In this document: piece after piece, positions 42,161 to 51,660 of the stretch
Position numbering within the stretch: the stretch's first letter is position 1
How the letters are laid out: every line of letters begins with the position of its first letter
Source: an uncultured Rhodospirillaceae bacterium
GTDB taxonomy: Bacteria; Pseudomonadota; Alphaproteobacteria; MPNO01
Direction of reading: 5' to 3'
Length of the DNA stretch: 51,698 nucleotides
Assembly (NCBI GenBank): GCA_964587515.1
Contig: CAZPMO010000003.1
Span: 13,002-64,699, forward strand
Notes under the pieces: generated by a model
Seen by the model: only the letters and a program-made list of their open reading frames with translations
What the model was told of the DNA's origin: nothing
The model's database searches: none
Position numbers and translations under genes: made by a program

Positions 42161-42297
42161 CCCCAGCCCCTCCCATTGGTGATTACTTTCACTATAGCGC
42201 GGCGATGAGCGGCGAAACAGCCTTTGACATCTGACGGGTGAATAGCCTCCACGTGGCCCAAGGAAGAATTGTCATGTGTGGACGGTCCCTGTTAACG

Positions 42298-44052
42298 TCA
42301 CGCCGACACACCGGCTTTACGGAAACCGTCGACGATGCGGTCCCAATCGGCCGGGTTCCGGTAAGGCAGGACGCGGCCCTTGCGGTCGATGGAGTAGTCG
42401 GGGTTGACCTCGAGCAGGCGGGCCCATTCCTCCTTGGCTTCCGAAACAAGGCCGAGATGTCCATAGCAGGACACCAGCAGCCCCCGCGAGATATCGGTGT
42501 CGGGCTGGCGTCGAATTCGCCGTTTGAGAAGCGCGGCCGCTTCGTCGTAGTCGCCGGCGATGAAATGAGCGTGGGCGAGAAAGTGCAGCCAGATGGTCGG
42601 GAATTGCGGATCGAGCCGCATGGATTTAGCGAGATTTTCCATCGCCTCGGCGGATTGTCCCGCGAAACTCAGAATATAACCGCGCGTGGCGTAGACCTCG
42701 GCGTGATTGGGGGCCAGCGCGACGGCGGCGTTAATCGCCGACAGCGCGCCGTCGAGATTCTGCTTCCACAATTCGCCGAGCGCCAGCACCCAATGCCCCT
42801 GCGGATCGGCGGGCGCGATTTCGATCGCCTGCTTGGCGATCGAGATGCCGTGCTCCAGGGTCTCCTCGGTCGCGTCGTCCCAACCGTTGGTATAGGCGGT
42901 GAAAAGGGCGACGGACAGGCCCCAGTAAGCGGAGATCTGGTCGGGATCGAGCGCGATCGCTTGCTCGAATAACCCCTTCGCCTCGGCGTTTTCCTCGCGC
43001 GTATGGCTGTAAAGCAGGCTGCGGCCGCGCAGCGTGAGGTCGTAGGCTTCGATGTTGGTGGTCGCGGGATTGCCCAGCTGCGAGCGCTCCTCCAGGTCGA
43101 GCTCGACCTTTAGCGCATCGACGATCGTCCGCGTGATCTCGTCCTGGACCGCGAAAATGTCCTCCAGGTTCCGGTCATACCGCTCGGCCCAGAGATGGCC
43201 GCCGGTCGCGCCGTCGACCATCTGGGCGGTGATGCGAACCCGGTTGGCCGCCTTGCGCACGCTGCCTTCGAGGATGTAGCGGACGCCGAGTTCGCGGGCG
43301 ACCTTGCGCACGTCCGGCGATGTTCCCTTGTAACTGAACGACGAGTTGCGGGCGATCACGAACAGACCGGATATCTTCGAAAGATCGGTGATGATGTCCT
43401 CGGAGATGCCGTCGGAGAAATATTCCTGCTCGGCGTCACCCGACATGTTGTCGAACGGCAGCACGGCGACCGACGGCCGATCCTCGGGCGGGGCGACGGC
43501 GGCGGTCTCGACGGACGCGCCCGATCCGACCCCGACGCGAAAGACGCGTATGGGCCTGGATATGTTTTTCACCGTCTGTTCGCCGAGATCGTCGAAATCG
43601 ACGGACAGCTTGTTCGCGACCTGATCGTGGACCGCGCCCGAGACATAGATTTCGCCGGGCCCGCACAGCCCTTCGAGCCGCGCGGCGACGTTGACGCCAT
43701 CGCCGTGGATGTCGTCCCCCTCGACGATCACATCGCCGACATTGATGCCGACCCGGAAAACAATCTTGCGTTCCTCGGGCACGTCCTCATTGCGCGACGC
43801 TATCGCCGTTTGAATGGCCAGCGCGTTGCGCACCGCGTCCACGACGCTGGCGAACTCAACGAGCACGCCATCGCCGGCGGATTTCACGATGCGCCCGCCG
43901 TCGGCCGCGATGCGGGGATCTATGAGTTCGGTATGAAGGCCGCGAAGGCGCGCCCGCGTGTCTTCCTCGTCCTGTTCAATAAGGCGCGAGTAGCCGACCA
44001 CATCGGCAGCGAGAATCGCCGCGAGCCGTCTCTCGACGCGTTCCTCGGCCAT
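42298..44052 (-). CDS. Class III adenylate/guanylate cyclase domain protein with TolB-N-like and TPR regions
   Basis: RRLAAILAADVVGYSRL...KSAGDGVLVEFASV...RVGINVGDVIVEGDDIHGDGVNVAARLE, then VAVLPFDNMSGD...YFSDGISEDIITDLSK and TPR-like repeats. Confidence 0.85.
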   Translation of the reverse strand: MAEERVERRLAAILAADVVGYSRLIEQDEEDTRARLRGLHTELIDPRIAADGGRIVKSAGDGVLVEFASVVDAVRNALAIQTAIASRNEDVPEERKIVFRVGINVGDVIVEGDDIHGDGVNVAARLEGLCGPGEIYVSGAVHDQVANKLSVDFDDLGEQTVKNISRPIRVFRVGVGSGASVETAAVAPPEDRPSVAVLPFDNMSGDAEQEYFSDGISEDIITDLSKISGLFVIARNSSFSYKGTSPDVRKVARELGVRYILEGSVRKAANRVRITAQMVDGATGGHLWAERYDRNLEDIFAVQDEITRTIVDALKVELDLEERSQLGNPATTNIEAYDLTLRGRSLLYSHTREENAEAKGLFEQAIALDPDQISAYWGLSVALFTAYTNGWDDATEETLEHGISIAKQAIEIAPADPQGHWVLALGELWKQNLDGALSAINAAVALAPNHAEVYATRGYILSFAGQSAEAMENLAKSMRLDPQFPTIWLHFLAHAHFIAGDYDEAAALLKRRIRRQPDTDISRGLLVSCYGHLGLVSEAKEEWARLLEVNPDYSIDRKGRVLPYRNPADWDRIVDGFRKAGVSA

Positions 44053-44127
44053 GCAGGCGGTTCCTTCCCGGACGCGCGGTTGAGCCGGAATTCTATAACG
44101 GTGTGTCCATTGAACTCAAATAGTGCT

Positions 44128-45072
44128 CTAGTCGAACAACGAAAGGTCGATGATGTCCCCCATCCGCAAATAGCCCGCGTCGATGGGGTGAAGATGGTCG
44201 TCGCAATCGTAGATGGGCAGCATCTGGGTCGGGTGATCCGGATCGCGGAGCGCCTTCTCGAAATCGATTACCGCGTCGAACGCGCCGCCATCGCGAATCC
44301 AGGCGTTGACCGCCACGCGCTTGGCTTCCCCTTCCGGCGTATAAAGACCGGGAAGGCCGGGCGGCGGATTCAAATCCTCGTTTTCGAACGTCAGCATGGT
44401 GCCGCCGATCCCCTGGTTCATGACCCCCATGGCGCGGCCGCCGCCGCGCTCGACGAGGCGGCGCGCGAGCTGGTTGGGCCAACGGGTATTCGCGTCGACC
44501 CGGGAAATATTGCAATCGGTCAGGGAATCGCCGAGCGCCACGATTCCGCCGGTTCCGGCCGGTGCCAGCACATCGATGCCGCTGACGAACAGATACGCCT
44601 CCGTCGTCTCCTCGACCGGCAGGGCGGTGGTGGCGGTGTGGTCGCCGACGGTCGAAATATAGCTGGTCTGGCGGGAATTGCCGTGCCCGGTGATCTGGAA
44701 ACTCTCCGGCAGGCTGCCGGGAAGATGGACGCTGACCGCCAGGTCGGCAAGCGGCGGCGCCTCGAGATCGACCGGATCGCTCACCACATGGGCGCCGGCG
44801 GCGATGACGGTCGACGGGGATCCGTTGAAAGTGAGCGCTCGATCGGAATCCGGCACGATATCGGCGCCCCGGTCGCGAAGCGCGATCCGCGCCGCGCCGA
44901 TGTCGAGCTTGTGTGTCCCGTAGGCGTTGGACAGGCGCACCCGCAGCGTCCCGCCGCCGATGCTTATGCGCGCGATCATGCGCACGGTCTGGCCGTCCAG
45001 CGCGATACCGTCCGCCACCGAAGGCGTGGTGCCCCAACTGCCGACCCAGCGCATGTTTTCCTGGCCCGCCAA
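44128..45072 (-). CDS. SGNH/GDSL hydrolase family protein (apparently shortened catalytic domain)
   Basis: Block I is IVALGDSLTD, block II is NQGIGG, block V is DDHLHP. No GxND block III is visible. An N-terminal accessory domain of about 170 aa is present. Confidence 0.7.
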   Translation of the reverse strand: MAGQENMRWVGSWGTTPSVADGIALDGQTVRMIARISIGGGTLRVRLSNAYGTHKLDIGAARIALRDRGADIVPDSDRALTFNGSPSTVIAAGAHVVSDPVDLEAPPLADLAVSVHLPGSLPESFQITGHGNSRQTSYISTVGDHTATTALPVEETTEAYLFVSGIDVLAPAGTGGIVALGDSLTDCNISRVDANTRWPNQLARRLVERGGGRAMGVMNQGIGGTMLTFENEDLNPPPGLPGLYTPEGEAKRVAVNAWIRDGGAFDAVIDFEKALRDPDHPTQMLPIYDCDDHLHPIDAGYLRMGDIIDLSLFD

Positions 45073-45121
45073 AGCCGATCCTCCGTTAATCCGGATTTAC
45101 ATCATCATTCCCGCCGCCGCC

Positions 45122-45523
45122 TCAATCCACGCCCGCGCCCAGGAAAGCCACCGCTTCGATCTCGACCAGCAGTTCCGGCGTCGCCAGCGCGCTGACCTCG
45201 ACCAGGGCGGAGGCGGGGAATTCGCCGGTGAAGAACTCGGCGCGGGCGCGCCACACCTCTTCGCGCTGGGTGATGTCGGTCACGAAGATATTGACCTTGA
45301 TGATATCGTTCATCTTGCCGCCGGCGGCCTCTATCAAATGGCGGATTTTCTCGAAGGTGCGGATCGACTGGTCGTACATGCTGCGGTCGCCGACCACGTT
45401 GCCCTGGAGGTCATGGGCCGTCATGCCGGAGATATAGACCTGGTCGCCGCATACCATGCAGTTGGACCAGGTTTCGGCGCGGGGCTCCTTTACATGCGGG
45501 CTCGAAACGGCTTTCATCTTCAT
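45122..45523 (-). CDS. RidA/YjgF/Endoribonuclease L-PSP family protein
   Basis: A 133-aa translation from MKMKAVSS... with the C-terminal ...PASALVEVSALATPELLVEIEAVA signature. GGGAGAG SD lies before the ATG at 45523. Confidence 0.8.
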   Translation of the reverse strand: MKMKAVSSPHVKEPRAETWSNCMVCGDQVYISGMTAHDLQGNVVGDRSMYDQSIRTFEKIRHLIEAAGGKMNDIIKVNIFVTDITQREEVWRARAEFFTGEFPASALVEVSALATPELLVEIEAVAFLGAGVD

Positions 45524-45579
45524 CTTCGCTCTCCCTGGCGCATCATAAATCCACCCGATCATACCCGACCGGAACCCAT

Positions 45580-46512
45580 ATGAAACCCGAGGCCCTGATC
45601 CTGATGCCGCTGATCGAACGCTGGCATGATGAGCTAGCCGGCGAATTCCCCATCCATTACGCGGGGCCCGGCAGCGACCGCGCGGCGACAGTCGCGGCGG
45701 CGGCCGGCGCGCGGGCGGTGATCACCAACGGCACCACCGGGATCGACGCCGACACCATGGCCGCGCTGCCCGACCTCGAAATCATCTGCAGCTTCTCGGC
45801 CGGCTATGAAAAAGTCGATGTCGCCGCGGCGCGGGAATGCGGCGTCATCGTCACCCACGGCCCGGCGGTGAACGCCGCCAGCGCCGCCGACCTCGCCATG
45901 GGTCTCCTGATCGCGGCCCAGCGCGGCATGGTCGGGCGCGATCGCCTGATGCGGGACGGTGTGTGGGCCGAGGCGCGCGCGCTTTCGCCCACGGTCACGG
46001 GCAAGCGGCTCGGCATCATCGGCCTCGGCGCGGTAGGCGGCGCGATCGCGCGCCGCGCCGAGGGTTTCGACATGGAGATCGCCTATCACAACCGCGCCCC
46101 GCGTGCGGGCGCCCCTTACCCCTATGCCGAGAGCCCGGTGGCGCTAGCCGAGCAGTCCGATTATCTGGTCGTCTCATGCCCCGGCGGCGCGGCGACGCGC
46201 CACATGATTGGCCGCGAGGTGCTGGCGGCGCTGGGGCCGGCCGGAGTTCTGGTCAATATCGCGCGCGGATCGGTGGTCGATACCGAGGCACTGGTCGCGG
46301 CGCTGCAGGGCGGCGTCATCGCGGGCGCGGCGCTGGATGTCTTTGAGGACGAACCCAGCGTGCCCGACGCGCTGACAGCGTTGGAAAACGTGGTGCTGTC
46401 ACCCCATGTGGCGGGCTTCACGCCGGAAGCCTTCCGCGCCGGCTTCGAACTGGTGCGCGACAATCTGCGCGCCCATTTCGGGGGCAAGGAACCGCTCACC
46501 CCGGTCCCGTGA
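45580..46512 (+). CDS. D-isomer-specific 2-hydroxyacid dehydrogenase (glyoxylate/hydroxypyruvate reductase-like)
   Basis: NAD motif GKRLGIIGLGAVGGAIARRA. Catalytic-region motifs are NIARGSVVD and ...LSPHVAG. Confidence 0.9.
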   Translation: MKPEALILMPLIERWHDELAGEFPIHYAGPGSDRAATVAAAAGARAVITNGTTGIDADTMAALPDLEIICSFSAGYEKVDVAAARECGVIVTHGPAVNAASAADLAMGLLIAAQRGMVGRDRLMRDGVWAEARALSPTVTGKRLGIIGLGAVGGAIARRAEGFDMEIAYHNRAPRAGAPYPYAESPVALAEQSDYLVVSCPGGAATRHMIGREVLAALGPAGVLVNIARGSVVDTEALVAALQGGVIAGAALDVFEDEPSVPDALTALENVVLSPHVAGFTPEAFRAGFELVRDNLRAHFGGKEPLTPVP

Positions 46513-46521
46513 CGGGACGGC

Positions 46522-47823
46522 TCAGGCGCGGTCGATCAGATGGATGAACGAGCCGGCGACCGCGCCCCGGCGCAGTCCCGCCGCGCCGAGATCACCGCCG
46601 CGCGCGTCGCGAATTCGGAACAGTTTATCACCTTCGTCTTCGCGCAAGATCGTCGCGTAGTGGAATTCGTGGCCGCGAAACGCCGCCCCCGCCGCGCCCA
46701 GCGGCCCGTCGCCGATCAGTTCCGCCGCGCGGTAGCCGAGATGCAGCTTGCGCTCGGCGAACGAGGTCTCGACCGCCAGCAGACCAGCCATCTCATGGCG
46801 CGCGCCGTCGGCGTCGATCAGCCCCGCGCCCAGCACCATATAGCCGCCGCATTCGCCGAACACCGCCGCGCCGCGCGCCGTCGCCGCCCGCAGCCCATCC
46901 ATGAACGCCCGGTTGGCGGCCAGCCTCGCCCCATGCAGTTCGGGATAGCCGCCCGGCAGATAGACCGCGCCCGCCGCCGCGTCCGGCGTCTCATCGGCGA
47001 GCGGCGAAAAGGGAACGATTTCCACGCCGTCACGCCACCACCCCTCCAGCACATGCGGATAGGCGAACCGGAAGGCGTCGTCCTGCGCGACCGCGATACG
47101 CTGGGCAAGGGGCGGCAAAGCCGGGCCGGGATCGTTCGCCGGAAATTCCGCTTCGCGGGCGAGATCGCGCAGCCCCGCGATATCGAGATGTTCGGCCACC
47201 GACGCCGCCATGCGATCCAGCAGATCCTCCAGACCATTTTGTTCGGAGGCCTGCACCAGCCCGAGATGACGCTCGGGCAGCGTCAACGACGCATCCCTGG
47301 GCAGGCAGCCGAGCACCGGGATATCGAGCGGCTTCATCGCGTCGGTGAGTATGTCGGCGTGGCGCGCGCCGCCGACCCGGTTGAACACCACCGCCGCGAT
47401 CTTCACATCGTCGCGGAAGCTGGCGAAGCCGTGGACCAGGGCGGCGGCGGACGCGCCCTGCGCCGCCGCGTCGACCAGAAGCACGATGGGCCAGCCGGTT
47501 CGCACGGCGATGTCGGCGGTCGACCCCTCGCCGCCAACGGTGCCGTCGAACAATCCCATCACGCCTTCGCCGACGATGAAATCGGCGTCATCGCCGAGAT
47601 CGCGCGCCAGCGCGGTGACGGTTTCGGGACGCATGGCCCAGCCGTCGAGGTTCACCGAGGCGCGGCCGCACGCCGCCGCATGAAACGCGGGATCGATGTA
47701 ATCGGGGCCGATCTTGAACGGCGCGACGCGGAGGCCGGTATTACGAAGATGCCGCATCAGCTCCAGCGCCAATGTCGTCTTGCCGCTGCCCGAGGCGGGC
47801 GCGGCGATGATCACGCCGGGCAT
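46522..47823 (-). CDS. cobB: Cobyrinate a,c-diamide synthase
   Basis: MPGVIIAAPASGSGKTTLALELMRHL...FKIGPDYIDPAFH, with a C-terminal glutamine amidotransferase-like part (GECGGYMVLG). Confidence 0.9.
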   Translation of the reverse strand: MPGVIIAAPASGSGKTTLALELMRHLRNTGLRVAPFKIGPDYIDPAFHAAACGRASVNLDGWAMRPETVTALARDLGDDADFIVGEGVMGLFDGTVGGEGSTADIAVRTGWPIVLLVDAAAQGASAAALVHGFASFRDDVKIAAVVFNRVGGARHADILTDAMKPLDIPVLGCLPRDASLTLPERHLGLVQASEQNGLEDLLDRMAASVAEHLDIAGLRDLAREAEFPANDPGPALPPLAQRIAVAQDDAFRFAYPHVLEGWWRDGVEIVPFSPLADETPDAAAGAVYLPGGYPELHGARLAANRAFMDGLRAATARGAAVFGECGGYMVLGAGLIDADGARHEMAGLLAVETSFAERKLHLGYRAAELIGDGPLGAAGAAFRGHEFHYATILREDEGDKLFRIRDARGGDLGAAGLRRGAVAGSFIHLIDRA

Positions 47824-47824
47824 G

Positions 47825-48664
47825 TCAGCCCGCTTCCCGGTCCGCGCGCGCGCCCAGCGGATCGGCGTCGAGGATACGTCCGGACATGGCGCCCAGCCAG
47901 TCGAGCCCGGCGCGCAAACGCACCACATCACCCACCACCACCACCGCCGGCGGCGCGATGCCGGCGCGCTCCACATCACCCACGCAATCGCCGAGCGTGG
48001 TCTCCAGCACCATTTGCTCGGCGGTGGTCGCCTTGCTGATCACCGCGACCGGATCGGACGCGGCGCGGCCCTGCTCCAGCAGGCGGTCGCTGATTTCGCC
48101 GAGCCGGCGCAGCGCCATGTAGAACACGATCACCGGCGAGGCGCGCGAGACCGCTTGCCAGTCGATCCCTTCGGGCACGCCGCCGGCCGCGCCGTGACCG
48201 GTGATGAATGTCACCGCCGAATTGGTGTCGCGATGGGTCAGCGGGATGCCGGCCTGGGCCAGCGCGCCAATACCGGCGCTGATGCCGGGGATCACGCGGA
48301 ACGGCACGCCGGCCGCGACCAGCGCGAGGCCTTCCTCGCCGCCGCGTCCGAACACGAACGGATCACCACCCTTCAGCCGCAGCACGCGCTTGCCCTCGCG
48401 CGCCAGGACCACGAGGCGGTTGGAAATATCGGGCTGGCTGGGCGACGGCCGCCCGCCGCGCTTGCCGGCATGTTCGAGGGTCGCGCCGTCGCCCGCCAGT
48501 GCAAGGATTTCCGGGCTTACCAGCGCGTCATGGACGATCACGTCGGCATGGCGCAGCCCGTTCAGCGCATGCAGGGTCAGGAGCCCGGGATCGCCCGGCC
48601 CGGCGCCGCCGAGCCACACCCATCCGGGCTCGAATTCGGGAAACTCGAAGGTCAGGCGATCCAT
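47825..48664 (-). CDS. cobA: Uroporphyrinogen-III C-methyltransferase (SUMT)
   Basis: VWLGGAGPGDPGLLTLHALNGLRHADVIVHDALV...LKGGDPFVFGRGGEE. Its stop lies 1 nt from the cobB start. Confidence 0.9.
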   Translation of the reverse strand: MDRLTFEFPEFEPGWVWLGGAGPGDPGLLTLHALNGLRHADVIVHDALVSPEILALAGDGATLEHAGKRGGRPSPSQPDISNRLVVLAREGKRVLRLKGGDPFVFGRGGEEGLALVAAGVPFRVIPGISAGIGALAQAGIPLTHRDTNSAVTFITGHGAAGGVPEGIDWQAVSRASPVIVFYMALRRLGEISDRLLEQGRAASDPVAVISKATTAEQMVLETTLGDCVGDVERAGIAPPAVVVVGDVVRLRAGLDWLGAMSGRILDADPLGARADREAG

Positions 48665-48729
48665 GACCGCCGGTGTACCACAGCCCCCCGACGCCGCCTA
48701 GCCGAGCGGCGCGCGCGGCGCCGCGCAAC

Positions 48730-49710
48730 TCAATCGAGGTCGAGATTGAACAGTTCGATGGCGTTGGTCCGCCCGATGCGGCGACGGTCGGCGTCGGACA
48801 GCTCGGTGTTGTCGAACCATTGGGCGGCGGGCCCCATTTCCTCATAGGGGTAATCGACCGAAAACATCAGCCGCGCCGCGCCCATCTCGGTCAGCGCGCA
48901 ATGGAACGGCGTGTCGTGGAACTGGCCGCTGGTGGTCATATGGAAGTTCTGGCGCAAATATTCGGAAACCTTCTTCGCCGCCGGATAGCGCTCCGGCATA
49001 TGATCCATCAGATTATCGATCCGCCACATGTCGAACGGGAGGCGTTCGCCGAGATGGCCGAGCACGATCTGCAGGCGCGGGTATTCGTCGAACAGCCCCG
49101 ATCCGATCAGCCGCAGCGCCTGGGTCGCGGTCTCGCTGCCGAAATCCCAGACCGGGCTGAAGAGCCAGCGGTGCCCTTCATAAGACGCCGTCTGCGATGG
49201 GATGGTGAGCCTTGGGTGCAGATAAAACGGCACCTCAAGTTCGGCCACCGTGGCCCAGAACGGCCGGAATTCGGGCAGATCGTAATAGACCGCCGAGTCC
49301 GCCACGTCCCGCTGGGTGAAACAGTTGGCCATCGCGCCCTTGAAGCCGAGCTCGGTAACGCAGCGGGTGAGCTCGCGCGCCGCCGCCTCGGGGTCCTGCA
49401 TGGGCAGCCCCGCGAAACCGGCGAAGCGGCCGGGGTTGTGGGCGACCTCGGCGGCCAAGGTGTCATTCGACCGGCGGGCGACTTCCACCGCCTCGGCCGG
49501 ATCGAGAATGGCCTGCAAGGCCGGTGAGTTGAGCCCAAGGATGACGAATTCGATGCCGTTCTCGTCCATGCCCGCCAGCCGCTTGTCGCGGAACTCGACC
49601 AGCAGGCCGCACAACTCGTCCCACCAGGCGCCCGCGCGGACCGGCTGACCGGCAATGGTCAACGTCTCCTCGACCGCCCAATGCTCCTCCAACGCAATCT
49701 TGCCGTCCAT
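48730..49710 (-). CDS. Amidohydrolase-2 family protein (ACMSD / gamma-resorcylate decarboxylase-like)
   Basis: MDGKIALEEHWAV... N-terminus and FSVDYPYE near the C-terminus are typical of the non-oxidative decarboxylase subgroup. Confidence 0.8.
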   Translation of the reverse strand: MDGKIALEEHWAVEETLTIAGQPVRAGAWWDELCGLLVEFRDKRLAGMDENGIEFVILGLNSPALQAILDPAEAVEVARRSNDTLAAEVAHNPGRFAGFAGLPMQDPEAAARELTRCVTELGFKGAMANCFTQRDVADSAVYYDLPEFRPFWATVAELEVPFYLHPRLTIPSQTASYEGHRWLFSPVWDFGSETATQALRLIGSGLFDEYPRLQIVLGHLGERLPFDMWRIDNLMDHMPERYPAAKKVSEYLRQNFHMTTSGQFHDTPFHCALTEMGAARLMFSVDYPYEEMGPAAQWFDNTELSDADRRRIGRTNAIELFNLDLD

Positions 49711-49799
49711 GTCGCGAACCCTCCCTCGGTCGTTGCCGCCGACAGCCTAGGCAATTTCCGCCGCGATGACAGCAGAAGTTTGGAGAGGGGGAGCCATGG

Positions 49800-50900
49800 A
49801 TGGGATATAACGACGGTATGGTTCGCAAACCGTCAGGGCCGTTGCGGCGTGGCTGGACCACCGGGGCCTGCGCCACCGGGGCCAGCGCGGCGGCCTATAC
49901 CGCGCTGCTGACCGGCGCGTTCCCGGACCCGGTGAGCGTCGCCTTGCCGCGCGGCCGGGAACCCGCCTTCGCGCTGGCCCGCGAGGAATTGGGCGCGGAT
50001 TACGCGCTGGCCGGCATCGTGAAGGACGCGGGCGACGATCCGGACGTCACCCATGGCGCGCTGGTAATGGCCACCGTGCGGCGCGGCGCGGCCGGCGAAG
50101 GCGTCGCGTTCCGCGCCGGCGACGGGATCGGCACCGTGACCAAGGCCGGCCTGCCGCTTTCGGTCGGCGAGCCCGCCATCAACCCGGCGCCGCGCGAGAT
50201 GATGCGCGCCGCCATCGCCGGGATCGCGGCGGCGCATGGCGATGGCGGCGATGTGGAGATCGAAATTTCGATCCCCGGCGGCGCGGAACTGGCAGCGAAG
50301 ACCTGGAACCCGCGCCTCGGCATCGAGGGTGGGCTGTCGGTGCTGGGCACCACCGGCGTGGTGGTGCCTTTTTCGTGCTCGGCCTGGATCGAATCCATCC
50401 GCCAGGGCGTCGATGTGGCGCGCGCCGCCGGCGCGGCGCACATCGCGGGCTGCACCGGGTCGGCCTCGGAAATCGCAACCCAGGCGATCCATGCGCTGCC
50501 CGATCACGCCATGATCGACATGGGCGATTTCGCGGGCGGATTGTTGAAGCATGTGCGGACCCATCCGGTGCCGCGCCTGACCATCGGCGGCGGCTTCGCG
50601 AAAATCACCAAGCTGGCCCAGGGCAGCCTCGATCTCCATTCCGGCCGCAGCCAGGTCGATTTCGACTGGCTGGCGGCGCTGGTTGGCGACCTCGGAGGTG
50701 GGAAGACAGAAGAGAAAATCCGCTCGGCCAATACCGCCAACCAGGCGCTCGAGATCGCCGGCGCGGCCCAAATCGCGTTGGCCGACGCGGTGGCGGCGCG
50801 GGCGCGGGCGACGGCGCTGGACGTCCTCGACGGCGAGACAAGCCTTGAGATTCTGATATTTGACCGCGCCGGCGAGCTGGTCGGCCGCGCCGATGGCTAA
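49800..50900 (+). CDS. cbiD: Cobalt-precorrin-5B (C1)-methyltransferase
   Basis: LRRGWTTGACATGASAAAY..., DAGDDPDVTHG, GLSVLGTTGVVVPFS. GGAGAGGGGGAG SD is present. Alternative ATG at 49818. Confidence 0.9.
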   Translation: MGYNDGMVRKPSGPLRRGWTTGACATGASAAAYTALLTGAFPDPVSVALPRGREPAFALAREELGADYALAGIVKDAGDDPDVTHGALVMATVRRGAAGEGVAFRAGDGIGTVTKAGLPLSVGEPAINPAPREMMRAAIAGIAAAHGDGGDVEIEISIPGGAELAAKTWNPRLGIEGGLSVLGTTGVVVPFSCSAWIESIRQGVDVARAAGAAHIAGCTGSASEIATQAIHALPDHAMIDMGDFAGGLLKHVRTHPVPRLTIGGGFAKITKLAQGSLDLHSGRSQVDFDWLAALVGDLGGGKTEEKIRSANTANQALEIAGAAQIALADAVAARARATALDVLDGETSLEILIFDRAGELVGRADG

Positions 50901-51660
50901 GCTGCTGATCCTCGGCGGCACGGCGGAGGCGCGCGAATTGGCGGAACGCGCGGTCGCGTTCCCCGGCCTGTCGGTGATCACCTCGTTTGCCGGGCGCACA
51001 AGCGCACGCCAAACGCCGCCGGGCGACGTGCGCATCGGCGGCTTCGGCGGCGTTGAAGGCCTCGCGGATTATCTCAGAGCCCGGGCCATCGATATGGTTA
51101 TCGACGCGACGCATCCGTTCGCGGCGGAAATCAGCGCAAACGCAGCCGCGGCGTGCGAGGATACGAATATTCCCCGGCTGATGATCGTGCGACCCGAATG
51201 GCCGCGCGACGCGGACGATTGCTGGATCGATGTCGCCGACATTGCGGGTGCGGCGGCGGCGGCCGCCGATCACGGACGGCGCATCTTTTTGAGCGTCGGG
51301 CGACAGGAACTCGATCGGTTCGCCGATGCCGCCGGCTTGTGGTTCCTCGCCCGCATGATCGAGCCGCCGGAACCGCCGACCGGCCCCGCCCATATGGAGA
51401 TCATCGCGGCGCGCGGGCCGTTCAGGCTTGATGATGAGTTACGGCTGCTGCGCGACCATCGCGTCGACTGTCTGGTCAGCAAAAACTCGGGCGGCGCGGC
51501 GACTCATGCCAAGATCATCGCGGCCCGCGCCCTCGGCCTGCCGGTAATCATGGTGGCGCGCCCACCGGCACCCGAGGGCGAATGCGTGGCCGATACGGAT
51601 GCGGCGCTCGGCTGGCTTGTGACACGGTTGCAGTCGCTTCACCTGTCACCCCGGACTTGA
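50893..51660 (+). CDS. cobK: Precorrin-6A / cobalt-precorrin-6A reductase
   Basis: MAKLLILGGTAEARELA..., IDATHPFA, SKNSGG. The start overlaps the cbiD stop (ATGGCTAA). Confidence 0.85.
   Translation: MAKLLILGGTAEARELAERAVAFPGLSVITSFAGRTSARQTPPGDVRIGGFGGVEGLADYLRARAIDMVIDATHPFAAEISANAAAACEDTNIPRLMIVRPEWPRDADDCWIDVADIAGAAAAAADHGRRIFLSVGRQELDRFADAAGLWFLARMIEPPEPPTGPAHMEIIAARGPFRLDDELRLLRDHRVDCLVSKNSGGAATHAKIIAARALGLPVIMVARPPAPEGECVADTDAALGWLVTRLQSLHLSPRT

Noticed and set aside
40595-51035. Other long alternative-frame ORFs: 40595..42208 (+), 43195..45195 (+), 46540..48039 (+), 47714..48847 (+), 49833..51035 (-), and also 20556..21773 (+).
   Set aside because: Each is antisense to a gene with strong family signatures (acyl-CoA synthetase, cyclase/SGNH, cobB, cobA, cbiD, LLM monooxygenase). 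All are Arg/Gly/Ala/His-rich and are GC-driven artefacts.
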